Under the pieces are notes generated by a model. It worked only from the letters and a program-made list of their open reading frames with translations, searched no databases and was not told the origin of the DNA. Positions 19,851 to 28,386 of a DNA stretch of 40,017 nucleotides are shown here, piece by piece; position 1 is the first letter of the stretch; each line of letters starts with the position of its first letter. The stretch comes from an uncultured Gemmatimonadota bacterium (lineage in GTDB: Bacteria; SM23-81). Position numbers and translations under genes: made by a program. The stretch is from assembly GCA_964584035.1 (NCBI GenBank), contig CAZOYL010000007.1, forward strand, positions 1 to 40,017. Direction: 5' to 3'.

Positions 19851-20596
19851 CAATTCTGATTCTCCAGCAGCTGTTCTTTCGGCACGTCCCGCCAGACGCG
19901 GGCGGGAACTCCCCGGACGATCTTTCGGGGGGGCACGTCGGCGGTCACCACGGAACCTCCGGCCACCAGGGCATCCTCCCCGATGGTCTTGCCGGGCAGG
20001 ATGACGGCACCCACACCGATCCGGCCGCCCTTTTTCACCGTGACGCCCTTGAAATGTTTGAACCGTTCTTCAGTACGACCGCCGTAATTATCATTGGATG
20101 TGGTCACCTGGGGGGCGATGAACACCCGGTCTTCTATGGTCGAGTAGGCGGTGATATAGCTCTCGGTCTCCAGCTTGCAGTATCGGCCCACGGTGCAGTA
20201 GTTCTCGATGGTCACCCCGCGGCCGACGATGGTGTAATCGCCCACCGTGGTATTCTCGCGCACCGAGGCATAATCGGCCACCAGCACCTTTTGACCGATC
20301 CGGCAGCCGGTGTAGATAATGGCGGCGGTGCCGATGATGCAGTCGTCCCCGATGTCAGCGGGGGGGAGTTGATCCTGGTCTTTCAAGATGCTGTTGGCCG
20401 CCCGCATGGGCTGTTTTCCGAGGACGGCCTGATCGTCGATGCGGACGTTTTTTCCGATGGAGACGTGCGGATGTATGACCACTCCATGGCCGATGAGGCA
20501 GCCTTCTCCAACGGTCACCCCTTCGGAGATGACGGTATTCTCTCCGATAACAGTGTGCTCGCCAACCTTGGCCGTGGTATGGATCGTGCTGCTCAC
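19847..20596 (-). CDS. Hexapeptide-repeat N-acetyltransferase, WbpD-like
   Basis: Extended LbH repeats; VFIAPQVTTSND, GRIGVGAVILPG, VAGGSVVTADVP and GVPAR. GTG start with an AGGAG RBS. Confidence 0.87.
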   Translation of the reverse strand: MSSTIHTTAKVGEHTVIGENTVISEGVTVGEGCLIGHGVVIHPHVSIGKNVRIDDQAVLGKQPMRAANSILKDQDQLPPADIGDDCIIGTAAIIYTGCRIGQKVLVADYASVRENTTVGDYTIVGRGVTIENYCTVGRYCKLETESYITAYSTIEDRVFIAPQVTTSNDNYGGRTEERFKHFKGVTVKKGGRIGVGAVILPGKTIGEDALVAGGSVVTADVPPRKIVRGVPARVWRDVPKEQLLENQNW

Positions 20597-20648
20597 TGCC
20601 GGTCTCCTTTCGGTGAAAAGGCCGTTCGCTGCCGGGCATCAAGGCTCA

Positions 20649-21659
20649 TCAGGAGCTCAGCTCCACCGGGACGCCCCGGTTTTTCAGGGACTCCTGAGCG
20701 GCCTCCAGGACGCGGAGCACCTTGAGGCCCTCTTGTCCATCGGCCAGCGGTCGGCGGCCCTTCTGGATACAGTCCAGAAAATGCTGGCATTCGTTTTTCA
20801 GGGGCTCGGCCATTCGGATTCTGGGGATGACGATGTCGCCGATCCTCAGGGTTTGATAGTCTCCATAACTGTCATAGGAAGGAGGCGCATCCACCCCCTT
20901 GTCATAGAGCTTGATTTTTTCGGTGCTTTCCATGTCGTCGAAGACGACCATCTTCTTGCTGCCCACTACTGTTATCTTGCGGATCTTGTGAGGATCCAGC
21001 CAGCTCACCTGACCGTGACCCATGGCTCCGCCGGGAAAGTGAAGGGTGAAGAAGGCGACGTCCTCGACCCCGGGATTGAGATAGGATTGGCCGGAGGCCG
21101 AGATCAGATTCGGCATCCCGTCGATAAGATAGAGCATCACGGAGATATCGTGCGGAGCGAAACTCCACAGGGCGTTTTCAGCGGTACGCACCTTGCCCAG
21201 GTTGATCCGGTTGGAATACAGATAGTAGATGTCTCCCAGCTGGCCGCTCTGCACCAGCTCCTTGAGCTTCTCGACGGCCGGATGGTAGAGCAGCAGGTGC
21301 CCGACGGCCAGGACCAAATTCTTTTCCTCGGCCAGCTGCACGATCTCCCGGCCCTGCTTGCTGTTCAGAACCAGGGGTTTTTCGACCAGCACGTGTTTGC
21401 CGGCCAGAAGAGCCGCCTTGGCGATCTCATAGTGGCTTTCGGCGCTGGTGGCCACCACCACGGCATCGAGATCGTCCCGGGAGACGACCGACGCATACTC
21501 CTTCTTGGTCTCCACGTTCCGGAAGTGAGCGGCCACCCGGGCCAGGGTCTGTTCTTCCCGATCCACTACCACCTGAAGCTGGCAGCCGGGCAGACGATCG
21601 AAGGTCCGCACGTGATTAAATCCCCACGCTCCGGCTCCAATGACGGCGATGCGAACCAT
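20649..21659 (-). CDS. Gfo/Idh/MocA oxidoreductase, WbpB-like
   Basis: IAVIGAGAWGFNHVR, GKHVLVEKPL, VGHLLLYHP and WSFAPHDIS. Confidence 0.88.
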   Translation of the reverse strand: MVRIAVIGAGAWGFNHVRTFDRLPGCQLQVVVDREEQTLARVAAHFRNVETKKEYASVVSRDDLDAVVVATSAESHYEIAKAALLAGKHVLVEKPLVLNSKQGREIVQLAEEKNLVLAVGHLLLYHPAVEKLKELVQSGQLGDIYYLYSNRINLGKVRTAENALWSFAPHDISVMLYLIDGMPNLISASGQSYLNPGVEDVAFFTLHFPGGAMGHGQVSWLDPHKIRKITVVGSKKMVVFDDMESTEKIKLYDKGVDAPPSYDSYGDYQTLRIGDIVIPRIRMAEPLKNECQHFLDCIQKGRRPLADGQEGLKVLRVLEAAQESLKNRGVPVELSS

Positions 21660-21683
21660 TCTGTCCTCCTCGGGAAAGGGAAA

Positions 21684-22988
21684 TCAAAGTTTCGTGATCT
21701 TTTTCTTGTGGCCCCTGACCGACCGGGTGGCATTGCGGGTATCAACGACCCGTTTGGCATGGTCGCAAATCCATTGATAATCGTATGCGCTGTGATCGGA
21801 GATGATCACGCAGCAGTCGGCCTGTGCGATCCTTTTGGCGGTCAGGGCCACGGACCGGAGACCTGACCGGTCCAGGGGAAGCTTCCCGACGTAGGGATCG
21901 TTGTACCGGATCCGGGCGCCCCGTTTCTGAAGCAGCTCGATGATGTCCAGAGCCGGCGATTCCCGGATGTCGGAGATGTCTCTCTTGTAGGCCACTCCCA
22001 AAATGAGGATGTTCGAGCCTTTCAGGCTTTTCCGGTCGTGGTTCAGGGTGTCGTTGATCTTCCGGATCACAAAGGTGGGCATGTTGGCGTTGATGTCGCC
22101 GGCCAGCTCGATGAACCGGGCCCAGTAATTCAGCGCCTTCAGCTTCCAGGACAGATAATGAGGGTCGATCGGAATGCAGTGGCCGCCCAATCCAGGGCCC
22201 GGGAAAAACGGCATATAGCCGAATGGTTTGGTGGCCGCGGCCGAGATGACCTCCCAGACGTCGACGTCCAGACGGTCGCACATCAGCGCCATCTCGTTCA
22301 CCAGGCCGATATTGACGCTGCGAAAGGTGTTCTCCAGCAGTTTTACAGTCTCGGCGGTCTGGGTCGAGGAAACGCTGATCACCTCGTCGATGGCCTGCCG
22401 GTAAAACAGCCCGGCCATCCGGGTACACCGGGCGGTGACGCCCCCCACCACCTTGGGCGTGTTCTTCACCCCGTAGGTCTTGTTTCCCGGATCGATACGT
22501 TCCGGGGAGAAGGCCAGAAAAAAGTCCCGGCCCACTTTCAGTCCTGTTTCCTGCAGCATGGGCAGGATCAGTTCATCGGTGGTCCCCGGATAGGTGGTGC
22601 TTTCTAAAATGATCAGCTGGCCGGGGTGAAGATGCTTTTTAATGCCCTTGACGGCCGCAAGAATGAATGAGACGTCCGGATCTTTGGTCTTTCCCAGAGG
22701 AGTCGGGACGCAGATAATAACCACATCCAGCTTCTCTATTTCGGCATATCTGTTCGTCGCCCGCAGCATCTTCGAGCTCACCAGATCCTTGACCGCCGCA
22801 TCGGGGATATCCTCCACGTCCGATGCGCCGGAATTGACCGTCTTCGTTTTCTCGCTGGAACAATCGATCCCCGTGATGTTGAATCCAACCCGGGCGAATT
22901 CCACGGCCAGGGGGAGGCCGACGTATCCCAGGCCGACCACGCCCACACGGGCCTCCTTGTTCTCAATTTTCCGCTGCAGCGTGATCAT
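21684..22988 (-). CDS. UDP-N-acetylglucosamine 6-dehydrogenase-type nucleotide-sugar dehydrogenase (WbpA/WecC family)
   Basis: GLGYVGLPLA, ICVPTPL, LESTTYPGTT, FSPERIDPGN, KLLENTFRSVNI, GPGLGGHCIPIDP (catalytic Cys) and GVAYKRDISDIRESP. Confidence 0.93.
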   Translation of the reverse strand: MITLQRKIENKEARVGVVGLGYVGLPLAVEFARVGFNITGIDCSSEKTKTVNSGASDVEDIPDAAVKDLVSSKMLRATNRYAEIEKLDVVIICVPTPLGKTKDPDVSFILAAVKGIKKHLHPGQLIILESTTYPGTTDELILPMLQETGLKVGRDFFLAFSPERIDPGNKTYGVKNTPKVVGGVTARCTRMAGLFYRQAIDEVISVSSTQTAETVKLLENTFRSVNIGLVNEMALMCDRLDVDVWEVISAAATKPFGYMPFFPGPGLGGHCIPIDPHYLSWKLKALNYWARFIELAGDINANMPTFVIRKINDTLNHDRKSLKGSNILILGVAYKRDISDIRESPALDIIELLQKRGARIRYNDPYVGKLPLDRSGLRSVALTAKRIAQADCCVIISDHSAYDYQWICDHAKRVVDTRNATRSVRGHKKKITKL

Positions 22989-23000
22989 AGAGCGTCTCCT

Positions 23001-23723
23001 TTAGCGGGGACATTTCACGGCCATCAGACATGTGGCGTGGTACAGAGATTCGAAGGTGCCGGCATCGGTCCACCAACCCGGCAGGATATCATAGGTCATG
23101 GTTCCCTGCTCGATATAGGCGTTGTTCACGTCGGTGATTTCCAGCTCGCCCCGGTTGGAAGGTTTTAAAGTTTTAATGATCTCGAAAACCTGCTGGTCGT
23201 ACATGTAGAATCCGGTCACGGCATAAGAGCTTTTAGGATTGGCGGGTTTCTCCTCGATCCCCACGATGCGGTCGCCCTCGATCTCGGCCACGCCGAACCG
23301 TTGCGGCTCGGGAACCTCCTTGAGCAGGATCTTGGCGCCGCGCTCCTGCTGGCCATAGCGTTGGACGTAATCGGCGATGCCGTGCTCGATAAGATTGTCG
23401 CCCAGGATAACGATGATTTTATCTTCCTCGGCGAAGTATTCAGCCAGTCCCAGGGCTTCGGCGATGCCGCCCTCTCCCTCCTGATAGGTGTAGTTGAGGT
23501 GCTTCAGGCCGAATTCCTTGCCGTTGCCCAGCAACCTGAGAAAATCTCCGGCATGATTGCCGCCGGTCACGATGAGAATGTCCTCGATGCCGGCGTCCAC
23601 CAGATTCCGGATGGGGTAATAGATCATCGGTTTATCATAGATTGGCAGAAGATGCTTGTTGGTGATTTTCGTCAGCGGAGCCAAACGCGTCCCCAGACCG
23701 CCGGCCAGGACGATTCCTTTCAC
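23001..23723 (-). CDS. Sugar-1-phosphate nucleotidyltransferase (short RmlA/SpsI-like glucose-1-phosphate thymidylyltransferase)
   Basis: GTG start at 23723 after an AGGAGG RBS. MKGIVLAGGLGTRL, NKHLLPIYDKPMIYYP, EEKP, RGELEITDVN and WTDAGT. Confidence 0.9.
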   Translation of the reverse strand: MKGIVLAGGLGTRLAPLTKITNKHLLPIYDKPMIYYPIRNLVDAGIEDILIVTGGNHAGDFLRLLGNGKEFGLKHLNYTYQEGEGGIAEALGLAEYFAEEDKIIVILGDNLIEHGIADYVQRYGQQERGAKILLKEVPEPQRFGVAEIEGDRIVGIEEKPANPKSSYAVTGFYMYDQQVFEIIKTLKPSNRGELEITDVNNAYIEQGTMTYDILPGWWTDAGTFESLYHATCLMAVKCPR

Positions 23724-23736
23724 GCAGTCCTCCTTT

Positions 23737-25992
23737 TCAATGGTGAGAGCTTTCCCTTCTTCTCTTTTTCTTTTTTCGTTTTTTCTCCGATCCCCGGGGG
23801 CCATAGTAATGGTAATAGTAATAATAGTAGTAGGAACCGTAACGGCCCTCGACCTTGACGTTGTTCAGCACCGCGCCCAGGATCTGAGCCTGGACGTTAT
23901 TCAGCAGAGCCTTGGCGCGATTTTCCGCATTGCGGGTCGTATCTCCGGAGGAGATGATTAAAATAGTTCCATCGATCTGGGTGCTCAGCACGGCGGCGTC
24001 GGTGACGGCCACCACCGGAGGAGAATCGAACAGGATGACGTCGTAGACCTCTTTGAGCTGTTCGATCAGCTTTCTCATGGCCTCGGAACCCAGCAGCTCG
24101 GAGGGATTCGGCGGCAGGGTGCCGCAGCACAGCAGGCTGAGATTAGAGACCTCCAGCTCATGAACGGCATCTTTCAGGGACACATTGCCCAGAAGGACAT
24201 TGGTCAATCCGACATCCTTTTTCTGCTCGAAGATCGAGTGCAGCACCGGCCTTCTCAGATCGGCATCCACCAGCAGGGTTCTGGTCCCCATCTGGGCCAT
24301 GGTGATGGCCAGATTGGCCACAGAGGTCGATTTTCCCTCGCCCGGACCGGCGCTGGTGACCAGCAGAGTCCGGGGCGGTTTGTCGAAGCGGGCGAACTGA
24401 ATGTTCGTCCGGAAGGTGCGGTAGGCTTCTGACACGGGTGATTTGGGCTCGAAATGGGTGACCATCCGGGAAGCGATCTTTTGGACCTCCTGCTCCTGGG
24501 ATGCTGTGGCGGGTTTGGAGCGGGTCTTTTTCTTTTCCTCGGTTCGGATCTCCGGAATGGAGCCCAGAACCCGCAGGCCGGTTAAGCGTTCGATGTCCTC
24601 GATGCTCTTCAGGGAATCGTCAAGAACATCGACCAGCAGAGTGATCCCGATGCCCAGACCCAGCCCGATGATGGCACCCAGGATGAGGTTTAACTTTTTC
24701 TTGGGCCGGATGGGATAGAGAGGCTCTCTGGCGTTGTCGATGACACGGACCATGCCGATCTGCCCGGCCTCGGTGATGCGGACCTCTTCGTATTTCTCGC
24801 GCATCATCAGATAGATGTTCTCATTCACCTTGGCGGCCCGTTCCAGGCGGGCTAACTGGAGGCTCTTTTCAGGAAGCAATTGCAGCTTCGCTTCATATTC
24901 GCGTACGATAGCGTTCAGGGCGCTGGCCTTGGCATTCAGCGAGCTGACCTCGATCTGCAGAGAGAGGATCCGGTCGATGAGATCCTGAGTGTAGACCAGG
25001 GGATTCTCGGGCGCCATATCGCGGGAGATGAGCTTGGCGGCCTCTTCCTTCATCTTGTTTTTGGTCTTCTCGATCTGGGATTGGATCTCCATCATCTTGT
25101 CGAAATCTTCGTTATAACCCCGGGCGATAAAGCCGGCCCGGATGGCCTCCAGACTGGATATCTCCTGGCGGAGCTCCTGGATCAAGGGGCTGGAGATCTG
25201 GGTGATGTCTTCGACCATGGTGCTGCGGGTCTTGGATAGTTCCCCGCGGAGGTAATCGAGACGTTTCTGCGCGGCATCCCGCGACGTGGCGGCTTCGTTA
25301 TACAGGCCTTCGAACTCGGCCAGCTGCTTGACCAGGGCCTCGGTCTCCTCCGACAGGGCAACCACCTTCTCCTCTTCCTTGAACTGCCGCAGCTGCTCCT
25401 CGGAGAGATCCAGCGCCTCCTGGATATTGACCAGCTGTTCCTTGAGAAACTGGCGCACCTCGCTGATCTCGCCGCGCGAAAGCTCCAGATCCCGCTGATA
25501 GTACTGCTTGGCGAATCCATTGGCGATGTGAGCGGCCTCCTGGGGAGAAGGGGCCCGGTATTTGATCTCGATGATGTCCGTCTCCCGGAGCGGCACGATG
25601 GTGAGATTGTCCCGCAGGGCCTGCACGGCGTCATCTTCCGTGGTTCCCTCGGCCAGGTCCCGGATCAAGCTGAACCGGTCCGCCTCCCCGGATCTCTGCA
25701 GCCAGGCCAGGACCTCCTCGGCCAGGGTTCTGCTCTTGAGGATCTCAACCTGGTTGTTGATCTGCGTCTCGCGTTCCATGAAACCGCTGACGCCGAACAG
25801 GGACTGCTGCATGCCGCCGTCCTGTTCGATCATGATGGTCGTCTTGGCCTCATAGATCGGGCTGACCAGGAAGGAGAAAACCAGGGCAGCCACGGCGGTG
25901 ACGACAAAGGCCAAGGCGATGATCCATCTGCCGCGGTATAAGACCCGCAGATAATCGTGCAGGGTCACCTGGCGTTCTTCGGGTTCGGCCAA
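23737..25992 (-). CDS. wzc: Polysaccharide co-polymerase / BY-kinase (Wzc, GumC family)
   Basis: Two TM segments flanking a long coiled coil; SEAYRTFRTNI, Walker A GPGEGKST, A' VDADLRRP, Walker B LFDSPP; C-terminal Tyr cluster YGSYYYYYYYHYY. TTG start with AGGAGG. Confidence 0.95.
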   Translation of the reverse strand: MAEPEERQVTLHDYLRVLYRGRWIIALAFVVTAVAALVFSFLVSPIYEAKTTIMIEQDGGMQQSLFGVSGFMERETQINNQVEILKSRTLAEEVLAWLQRSGEADRFSLIRDLAEGTTEDDAVQALRDNLTIVPLRETDIIEIKYRAPSPQEAAHIANGFAKQYYQRDLELSRGEISEVRQFLKEQLVNIQEALDLSEEQLRQFKEEEKVVALSEETEALVKQLAEFEGLYNEAATSRDAAQKRLDYLRGELSKTRSTMVEDITQISSPLIQELRQEISSLEAIRAGFIARGYNEDFDKMMEIQSQIEKTKNKMKEEAAKLISRDMAPENPLVYTQDLIDRILSLQIEVSSLNAKASALNAIVREYEAKLQLLPEKSLQLARLERAAKVNENIYLMMREKYEEVRITEAGQIGMVRVIDNAREPLYPIRPKKKLNLILGAIIGLGLGIGITLLVDVLDDSLKSIEDIERLTGLRVLGSIPEIRTEEKKKTRSKPATASQEQEVQKIASRMVTHFEPKSPVSEAYRTFRTNIQFARFDKPPRTLLVTSAGPGEGKSTSVANLAITMAQMGTRTLLVDADLRRPVLHSIFEQKKDVGLTNVLLGNVSLKDAVHELEVSNLSLLCCGTLPPNPSELLGSEAMRKLIEQLKEVYDVILFDSPPVVAVTDAAVLSTQIDGTILIISSGDTTRNAENRAKALLNNVQAQILGAVLNNVKVEGRYGSYYYYYYYHYYGPRGSEKKRKKKKRRRESSHH

Positions 25993-26018
25993 ATTGAACC
26001 TCCTTCGATTGTCATCGA

Positions 26019-26525
26019 TTAGTTCCTGAGCAGGACGATGACATGGGCCACGATAGCCAGCTGAGAGATGAAGGTCGAGAATCGCGAGATCATGCGGAAA
26101 ACAGTCCCGGAGACGACCACCGTATCGCCCGGTTTCAGCAGCGGGATGAGATCGATGTCGCCGGACTCCATGTACTTTTTCACATTGACCTTGATGACCT
26201 TTGCGCTATCCGCGCTGGAACGGATGATCTTCACCTCGCTGAGCTTGGCGTGATCGGTCGGCCCTCCCGCCAGGGACAGGGCGGCGATAAGATCGGTGCC
26301 GTTCGGCACTTCATACACGCCGGGCAATCCGACCTGACCCCAGATGAAGATCTTGATCGTCAGCTCGTCCTCGTCTCCCAGAGAGAGATAATATTGCGGA
26401 GATCTGGCCTCTCCGGTTGTTTTCGTCCGCGGGGCCTCCTGGGCCGTGAGCGGAGCCCCGCAGAGATGGATAAAGAGGGCGGCCAGCAGCACAATGGAGA
26501 TGAGAAATTTCCAGTCTTTTGTCAT
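26019..26525 (-). CDS. Short SLBB-domain polysaccharide export protein (mini Wza/OPX-like)
   Basis: Signal peptide; IFIWGQVGLPGVY, LSLAGGPT...AKLSEVKIIR and LKPGDTVVV; C-terminal amphipathic/hydrophobic helix. Confidence 0.8.
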   Translation of the reverse strand: MTKDWKFLISIVLLAALFIHLCGAPLTAQEAPRTKTTGEARSPQYYLSLGDEDELTIKIFIWGQVGLPGVYEVPNGTDLIAALSLAGGPTDHAKLSEVKIIRSSADSAKVIKVNVKKYMESGDIDLIPLLKPGDTVVVSGTVFRMISRFSTFISQLAIVAHVIVLLRN

Positions 26526-26528
26526 CAG

Positions 26529-27299
26529 TTACTCCTTGGTGGCTCCGTGCTCAATTTGAAAATTCACCCAGTTCGATTCCGATCCGGATCTCAGCTCGCT
26601 GCCGGTTCGGTCCACCCGCCAGCGGTAGTCGCGGCCGGGAAGCAGCAGGCTGTCGACGGCCGTGCCGTTCGCGTTGTAAGATAACTCGTGTGGCGATGAG
26701 AAGGGGTTCTGCCCGTCACTCACCCAGACGGTTCGGTTCTCATCGCTGTCGTATATCCGCAGGTAGTTCTCGATCGACTCGCCCGTGGAGGTCCACGAAA
26801 ACACCGGCCGGCGATCGGAGATCGTTCCCCGGGGGGAGGTCAGATTCTCGACGCCGAGCTTGGGTATTAGTAAATAGTCCGCCTCTGCAGAGCCCTCGCT
26901 CTCGTTTCCGGAGCGGTCGAAAGCGGTCACCGTGTAAGTATAACGAATGCCCAGCTCCACAGTGCCGTCATCCAAAAGCGTGTCCGCATCGGTGCTGCCC
27001 ACTGTTTGTGTGGCCAGCAGCGTCTTGATGTTCAGCGGCGGCGAAGAACGGTAGATCTTATAGCCCTGCAGATCGTCCTCGGGGCTGGCCAGCCACATCA
27101 CCCGGATCCAATCCTCTTCGGCGATGGCATCCGTTCCGGTCTCGTCCCAGGCATCGTCCGGCGGCGCCGGGAGAAGAACCGGAGCGGCCGGCGCGGTGGT
27201 ATCCGCCGGTGTGCTCTTCTGGCAGCCGGACGGGCCGATCGCGGCCAGGGCCAGCAGCCCGCAGCAGGCCAGCGTGCGAATATGGACAGGTGCGTTCAT
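26529..27299 (-). CDS. Lipoprotein with fibronectin type III-like / Ig-like domains
   Basis: Lipobox-like PSG-C followed by QKSTPADTTAPAAP; LQGYKIYRS, YTYTVTAFDRSGNES, PVFSW and YRWRV. Confidence 0.7.
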   Translation of the reverse strand: MNAPVHIRTLACCGLLALAAIGPSGCQKSTPADTTAPAAPVLLPAPPDDAWDETGTDAIAEEDWIRVMWLASPEDDLQGYKIYRSSPPLNIKTLLATQTVGSTDADTLLDDGTVELGIRYTYTVTAFDRSGNESEGSAEADYLLIPKLGVENLTSPRGTISDRRPVFSWTSTGESIENYLRIYDSDENRTVWVSDGQNPFSSPHELSYNANGTAVDSLLLPGRDYRWRVDRTGSELRSGSESNWVNFQIEHGATKE

Positions 27300-27324
27300 G
27301 GCGAGATCTTCCCATGCGGACCGG

Positions 27325-28386
27325 TCAGAAATTCACCGAGCCGCTGATGCGGTGAATATTCCCCAGGTCGTAAGATACGAAAGCGTAATCGAAAGCCAAC
27401 CGCCAGATGTGCAGGCCGGCTCCCATGGTCGGCTCGTCATCCTCCACTCCCGCCCGCAGGGCCAGAAGTTCCCGGTAGCTCAGCTCGAAACCGAAATGAT
27501 TCTGACCCTCGTCGGCCGTGTCGCGGTCGAAGGCCAGAATGGCCCGCGTTCCGGCCGAGCCCAGCGGCTGGGTATAGCTGAAGCCGAATTTCAGGTTGAA
27601 GGGGATATCATCCCGGTGTTTGGTCTCCGTGTCCCAGCTGAGAGCCGTCTTTCCGATGTTCTGGAGATTCAAGCCGGCGGCAAAATCTCCCAGGGGCTCA
27701 TAGTCCAGGAGCCGGTCCAGACCGAAGCGCAGCTGCGAGCCCATATCGATGCCCATTCCGGTGGCGGTGGCGTCTCCCAGGCGCTGCCGGATATACTTCA
27801 AGTTCAATCCGACGGGCAAATCGAGGGGCAGCACGAAGTATTGCCAGCCCAGGTCGAAATCGATCCGGTTCAGCTTGGCGAAGGTGAGCACGAAGGCATC
27901 CTCGGCATCGCTGAAGAATTCCACCGGCTGAACGATCCATTCCTCGACCGGCTGCAGATCGCCTTCCGAGGTCCGCCCGGGTTCCGGAAACACGGGGATG
28001 TCGTCGACCCCCAGGCGGATCCAGGTGAAGGCCAGCGTGGCCTCATTGGGAAGAGGCAGGCTGAGGTTGACGTATTCGTGCTGGGCCAGCTCGAAGAGCG
28101 TGGCATGCTGCACTGAAAGTGCCGGCCGCTGCTGACGGCCGCTTCCGGCCGGATTCCAATAGGGGGCGAATCCCCCCTCGGCCAGCGAGCAGTAGGCGCC
28201 TCCTATGCCCAGCGCCCGGGCTCCGACGGCCACCTGCAGGAATTCCCCGGCGTATCGATGCGCCCGGGAGACGGACGCGGTGGCCAGTATCGCCATCACC
28301 GGCAGGACCACCAGAATGGCCGCCCATTTGAGAGACCGCGCTCGGTTGTCCCGCGGTCTCCGGATTCTGTGATTCGCTGGCATCAT
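27325..28386 (-). CDS. PorV/PorQ-family (FadL-like) outer-membrane beta-barrel
   Basis: Signal peptide, then AGEFLQVAVGARALGIGGAY...YWNPAG (PorV-type N-terminal plug), LNLQNIG, LALRAG, FDYAF and a terminal HRISGSVNF (C-terminal Phe). ATG 28386 overlaps the C25 stop. Confidence 0.82.
   Translation of the reverse strand: MMPANHRIRRPRDNRARSLKWAAILVVLPVMAILATASVSRAHRYAGEFLQVAVGARALGIGGAYCSLAEGGFAPYWNPAGSGRQQRPALSVQHATLFELAQHEYVNLSLPLPNEATLAFTWIRLGVDDIPVFPEPGRTSEGDLQPVEEWIVQPVEFFSDAEDAFVLTFAKLNRIDFDLGWQYFVLPLDLPVGLNLKYIRQRLGDATATGMGIDMGSQLRFGLDRLLDYEPLGDFAAGLNLQNIGKTALSWDTETKHRDDIPFNLKFGFSYTQPLGSAGTRAILAFDRDTADEGQNHFGFELSYRELLALRAGVEDDEPTMGAGLHIWRLAFDYAFVSYDLGNIHRISGSVNF

Noticed and set aside
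20439..21866. 475-aa plus-strand ORF, and other long plus-strand ORFs (4236-5108, 15820-16740, 27124-28116, 28410-29303, 38309-39361)
   Set aside because: They are antisense shadows of well-supported minus-strand genes in GC-rich DNA and carry no recognisable motifs.
23750..23841. Low-complexity TAG/TAA and T-rich repeats as a possible microsatellite, terminator or CRISPR
   Set aside because: They simply encode the Wzc Tyr cluster and Lys/Arg tail.
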